DNA from: Nitrososphaeria archaeon
Lineage (GTDB): Archaea; Thermoproteota; Nitrososphaeria; JACIWG01
NCBI GenBank assembly: GCA_050011875.1
Contig: JBEKIG010000013.1
Location: forward strand, 12,394 to 76,393
Length of the DNA stretch: 64,000 nucleotides
Reading direction: 5' to 3'
The position numbers and the translations under genes are program-made. Below are positions 61,289-64,000 of the stretch, piece after piece (within the stretch, counting starts at the first letter, position 1; each line of letters opens with the position of its first letter). The notes beneath the pieces were generated by a model, which saw nothing but the letters and a program-made list of their open reading frames with translations, made no database searches and was not told the DNA's origin.

Positions 61289-61981
61289 TTATTTTATCGA
61301 GTACAGACCTGCTTGCATGTAAGAGTACCATAGAATTTCCGCGGTCGAAAATCCAGTCTTCCTCAAAAGCGAAAGATGGTCCATTATGGTAATTGGAAAG
61401 TATTCGACGTCGAATCTACGAAGATTTCTCTCAACGGTTGCGGCGTCTCTTCCCTTTGCCAGTTGGAAATGTCTCCAATATTCTTTTCCAAATACAATGC
61501 CTTCAGGTGTCACGGGCCGTACATTTTCAAAGGTTATGTAGACCCCTCCGAGTGGCAACAGTTCAAAGCAAACCTTAGTTGCCTTAGCTCTCTCACCGCT
61601 CGCTAAGTAATGATGGGATTGAATCGCTGTGATGACATCAAGTTTTTTCCCAAAATCTCCCAAATCTTGGGTTACTACAGGCTTCATGAACTCGACCCTG
61701 TCGCTGGATACATACGCCAACTTTTTCTTGGCCATTAGAAGCATCTTTTCAGAAGGATCAGCCAGTATGAAGTGAGTGTTTGGAAAAGCAAACAATGCCT
61801 TTTCAACGAATGTACCAGTTCCACATCCCGTGTCAAGCCACATATGCGGTTCCTTTCGCGTCGCTTTTACAAAGTTGATCGCCTCTTCATGAAAAGTGTC
61901 ATAATAAGGAATTGTAGCGCGAATTTGCGCGTCATAATCTACAGCTAAATATGGAGTGGCATTGTCAAACTCCATGTTCAT
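61289..61981 (-). CDS. Class I SAM methyltransferase (CmoA-like)
   Basis: YD..IR..IPYY, LDTGCGTG and DPS..ML motifs. Confidence 0.85.
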   Translation of the reverse strand: MNMEFDNATPYLAVDYDAQIRATIPYYDTFHEEAINFVKATRKEPHMWLDTGCGTGTFVEKALFAFPNTHFILADPSEKMLLMAKKKLAYVSSDRVEFMKPVVTQDLGDFGKKLDVITAIQSHHYLASGERAKATKVCFELLPLGGVYITFENVRPVTPEGIVFGKEYWRHFQLAKGRDAATVERNLRRFDVEYFPITIMDHLSLLRKTGFSTAEILWYSYMQAGLYSIK

Positions 61982-62372
61982 CTCTCCAGAAGCAAAAAAG
62001 ATTATTTGTTTCTTAAAGCTTTCGCTTCTGAGCAAGAATTCTTCTCAAAAACATATCCAGCGCGAGCTGGATGTAGGCCAAACAAGATTCTATAACCTAC
62101 AAAAATAGACTGTAATTAAATTTTTATTCTTATTAGAAAACCTTTAATCATCAAAGGTGAAAGGTTTGTCAAGTTGAATTTCCACATAACAATCATCATC
62201 TCGTCTTATAAAACTTTTCAACATCCTCCTTACTTGTTTTGATTTCTTTCTTCAAATTAAAATAGAATGTGCTTTGACCATTAGTAGAGATTTTATTAAC
62301 GTTATTGGACGTGCACCAGTTATATATTTAAGAACACATCGCAATCTATGTCTCGACATGAGAAATAGGGTT

Positions 62373-62981
62373 ATGAATGCTAATGTGGAAAAATTTATCA
62401 GATTCTACAATAGCGAATTCGGAAAAAAGATAATGGAAAAAGAAACTGAATACGTCTGCAATGAGTTAAGGAATTGTGAACAAATTCTCGATGTCGGTTG
62501 CGGCATAGGTTCATTTGAACAATATCTCCCTAACCTTAACATCACAGGTTTAGACAGTTCAAAGGAAATGTTAGAAGAAGCAAGAAAGGGAAGCGACAAG
62601 ACTTTCATCCTAGGCAACGCGGAGGACCTTAAGTTCAAAGATTCCACATTCGACGCAGTTTTCACCGTGACAACCCTGGAATTCCTTGACAACTACAAGA
62701 AAGCCGTAGAAGAGATAGCCAGAGTTACAAAACAACGTGGTAAAATCTTGGTTATGATGCTGAATCCTGAATCCGAATATTTTAAAGAAGGGATAAAGAA
62801 GCCTGGTGACTATTTCAAAAAAATAAAGTATATGAGTCCAGAAAAAATGGGAGCTCATATATCACATTTCTATGCAATAGCTAAGGAAGAATATTTTCTA
62901 GGTATCAGAAGCCAAAATATCTTTGACACAGGTGATGAGAGATATGCGAGTTTGTATGTGGTTGTTGGAATAAAGAAATGA
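62373..62981 (+). CDS. Class I SAM methyltransferase (Methyltransf_11)
   Basis: ILDVGCGIG, GLDSS and GNAEDLKFKDSTFDAV motifs. Start uncertain. Confidence 0.85.
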   Translation: MNANVEKFIRFYNSEFGKKIMEKETEYVCNELRNCEQILDVGCGIGSFEQYLPNLNITGLDSSKEMLEEARKGSDKTFILGNAEDLKFKDSTFDAVFTVTTLEFLDNYKKAVEEIARVTKQRGKILVMMLNPESEYFKEGIKKPGDYFKKIKYMSPEKMGAHISHFYAIAKEEYFLGIRSQNIFDTGDERYASLYVVVGIKK

Positions 62982-63097
62982 AGCAAATAGTAGCGATTTC
63001 TATATGAAACGTAGTTGGAATATAGCGGTTTTGGCAGCCCAGGATACGCCACTTATCTCGTTTAAATGTCTCTTGTTCTAAAAGCCTTCTAATCGTC

Positions 63098-63733
63098 TTA
63101 TTCTAGTTCTGGTATTTGCCTCTTAAGCTCAACCCATTCTCCCGCAACAGCTTCCCGAATAAGAGGTTTAAACCCAGCAAAAACCTGCGGAGGCATCAAA
63201 GTCATCCAAACCCTCGTGACCGTGACACGGTCATCATGATTTAGTAAAGGGAAAAGCCAGTGAACAAGAGTAGGATTTCTGCTAGGTGGCACCTTACCTG
63301 CCATGCGCCCAACTATAGAGGCCTGCTCATCCTCTGACATTTGCTCTCGCAGAATAGGGTACAAATAAGCGTCTTCTTTATCAAGATGGAGCCTTAGATG
63401 TGCGTTTAGGACAGCAGTTGCTCTAGCAGCTGTTAAACCATCTGGTGCTTTCCGAATCACTTCAAGTCCGCTAACCATTCTGTCCAGTTCTCGATGATCT
63501 ATGACATAGGTCTTCGTTATAAGAGGCGCAACCTTGTCCACAGCGGGGAACACAGCCTCTTCCTCACCCTTCGCATGGTAGTCCAGAATTTCCCCCATTA
63601 TGTGAAATCGATCTAAAACGTGAGTGAGATCCCCGCCACCACGGGTTACTTTATAAACTGTATCATCAATCTCGAATATATCACGACGGAATGCATTATG
63701 TAAGCAAAGTACTGCGTCAATCGGTCCAGACAT
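63098..63733 (-). CDS. Hemerythrin/HHE domain protein
   Basis: HNAFRRD, H...EE..VFP, DH and HLDKED..LYP motifs. Confidence 0.85.
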   Translation of the reverse strand: MSGPIDAVLCLHNAFRRDIFEIDDTVYKVTRGGGDLTHVLDRFHIMGEILDYHAKGEEEAVFPAVDKVAPLITKTYVIDHRELDRMVSGLEVIRKAPDGLTAARATAVLNAHLRLHLDKEDAYLYPILREQMSEDEQASIVGRMAGKVPPSRNPTLVHWLFPLLNHDDRVTVTRVWMTLMPPQVFAGFKPLIREAVAGEWVELKRQIPELE

Positions 63734-63903
63734 AGTATCTACTTTCCCAAGACATTAATGTAAACATTATAAATAAAAACATTTTCAATTGTTCTCGTAA
63801 ACAAGATTTAATCATCGAACCCCCTCCTTCACTGCAAATTTGGGTTGGGAATCCAGTAAAGCACCTTCCATTAAGGCTAAGATTTTTTATGAAAAGTGCG
63901 CTG

Positions 63904-63956
63904 TTCAAAAATTAGAACAGCAGATCTTCCCCTAATTCTAAGAATAGCACTATATC
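63904..63956 (+). promoter_or_regulatory. Third copy of the operator-pair/TATA promoter
   Basis: TTCAAAAATTAGAA at 63904-63917, TTCTAAGAATAGCA at 63936-63949, CTATATC at 63950-63956. An ATG at 63980 runs off the window. Confidence 0.7.
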
Positions 63957-64000
63957 TATACTCCACCTTGCCTAAGGCCATGCAGAAGATAAAGACAAGG

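Noticed and set aside
1-64000. CRISPR array, tRNA or rRNA genes
   Set aside because: No regularly spaced repeat-spacer series or recognisable structural RNA was seen by eye. A covariance-model search was not possible.
1-64000. Genome-wide TAG recoding
   Set aside because: Several genes (e.g. ending at 5144, 22527, 36650, 58175) stop at TAG exactly at family-typical C-termini.

Overview
This is AT-rich archaeal DNA, most consistent with a TACK-group archaeon such as Bathyarchaeia. That assignment is inferred from gene families, TTG/GTG starts and TATA/BRE-type promoters. The window is an accessory region with no rRNA, tRNA or CRISPR array visible. It holds many sugar-catabolism genes (galK/galT, two L-fucose/L-arabinose isomerase-family genes, a GH31 glycosidase, an enolase-superfamily dehydratase, HpcH and RraA aldolases, a PfkB kinase, a sugar ABC transporter), metal/ion genes (P3A H+-ATPase, arsC, a CopZ-like protein, a cupredoxin, a hemerythrin) and numerous Thr-rich membrane-anchored surface proteins. 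The most notable signal is a duplicated module: a membrane-tethered winged-helix regulator divergent from Thr-stalked surface-protein operons (about 1.2-4.3 kb and 43.6-45.8 kb). Its promoter has a strictly conserved layout, a palindrome TTCTAA-AA-TTAGAA, an 18-bp spacer, a second palindrome, then CTATATC, and this recurs as a third, regulator-less copy at 63.9 kb. The window also shows strong gene erosion: three nearby genes with single lesions (two frameshifts, one in-frame amber) and several short or chimeric gene remnants in the intergenic DNA. Family assignments come from recalled motifs, not from database searches.
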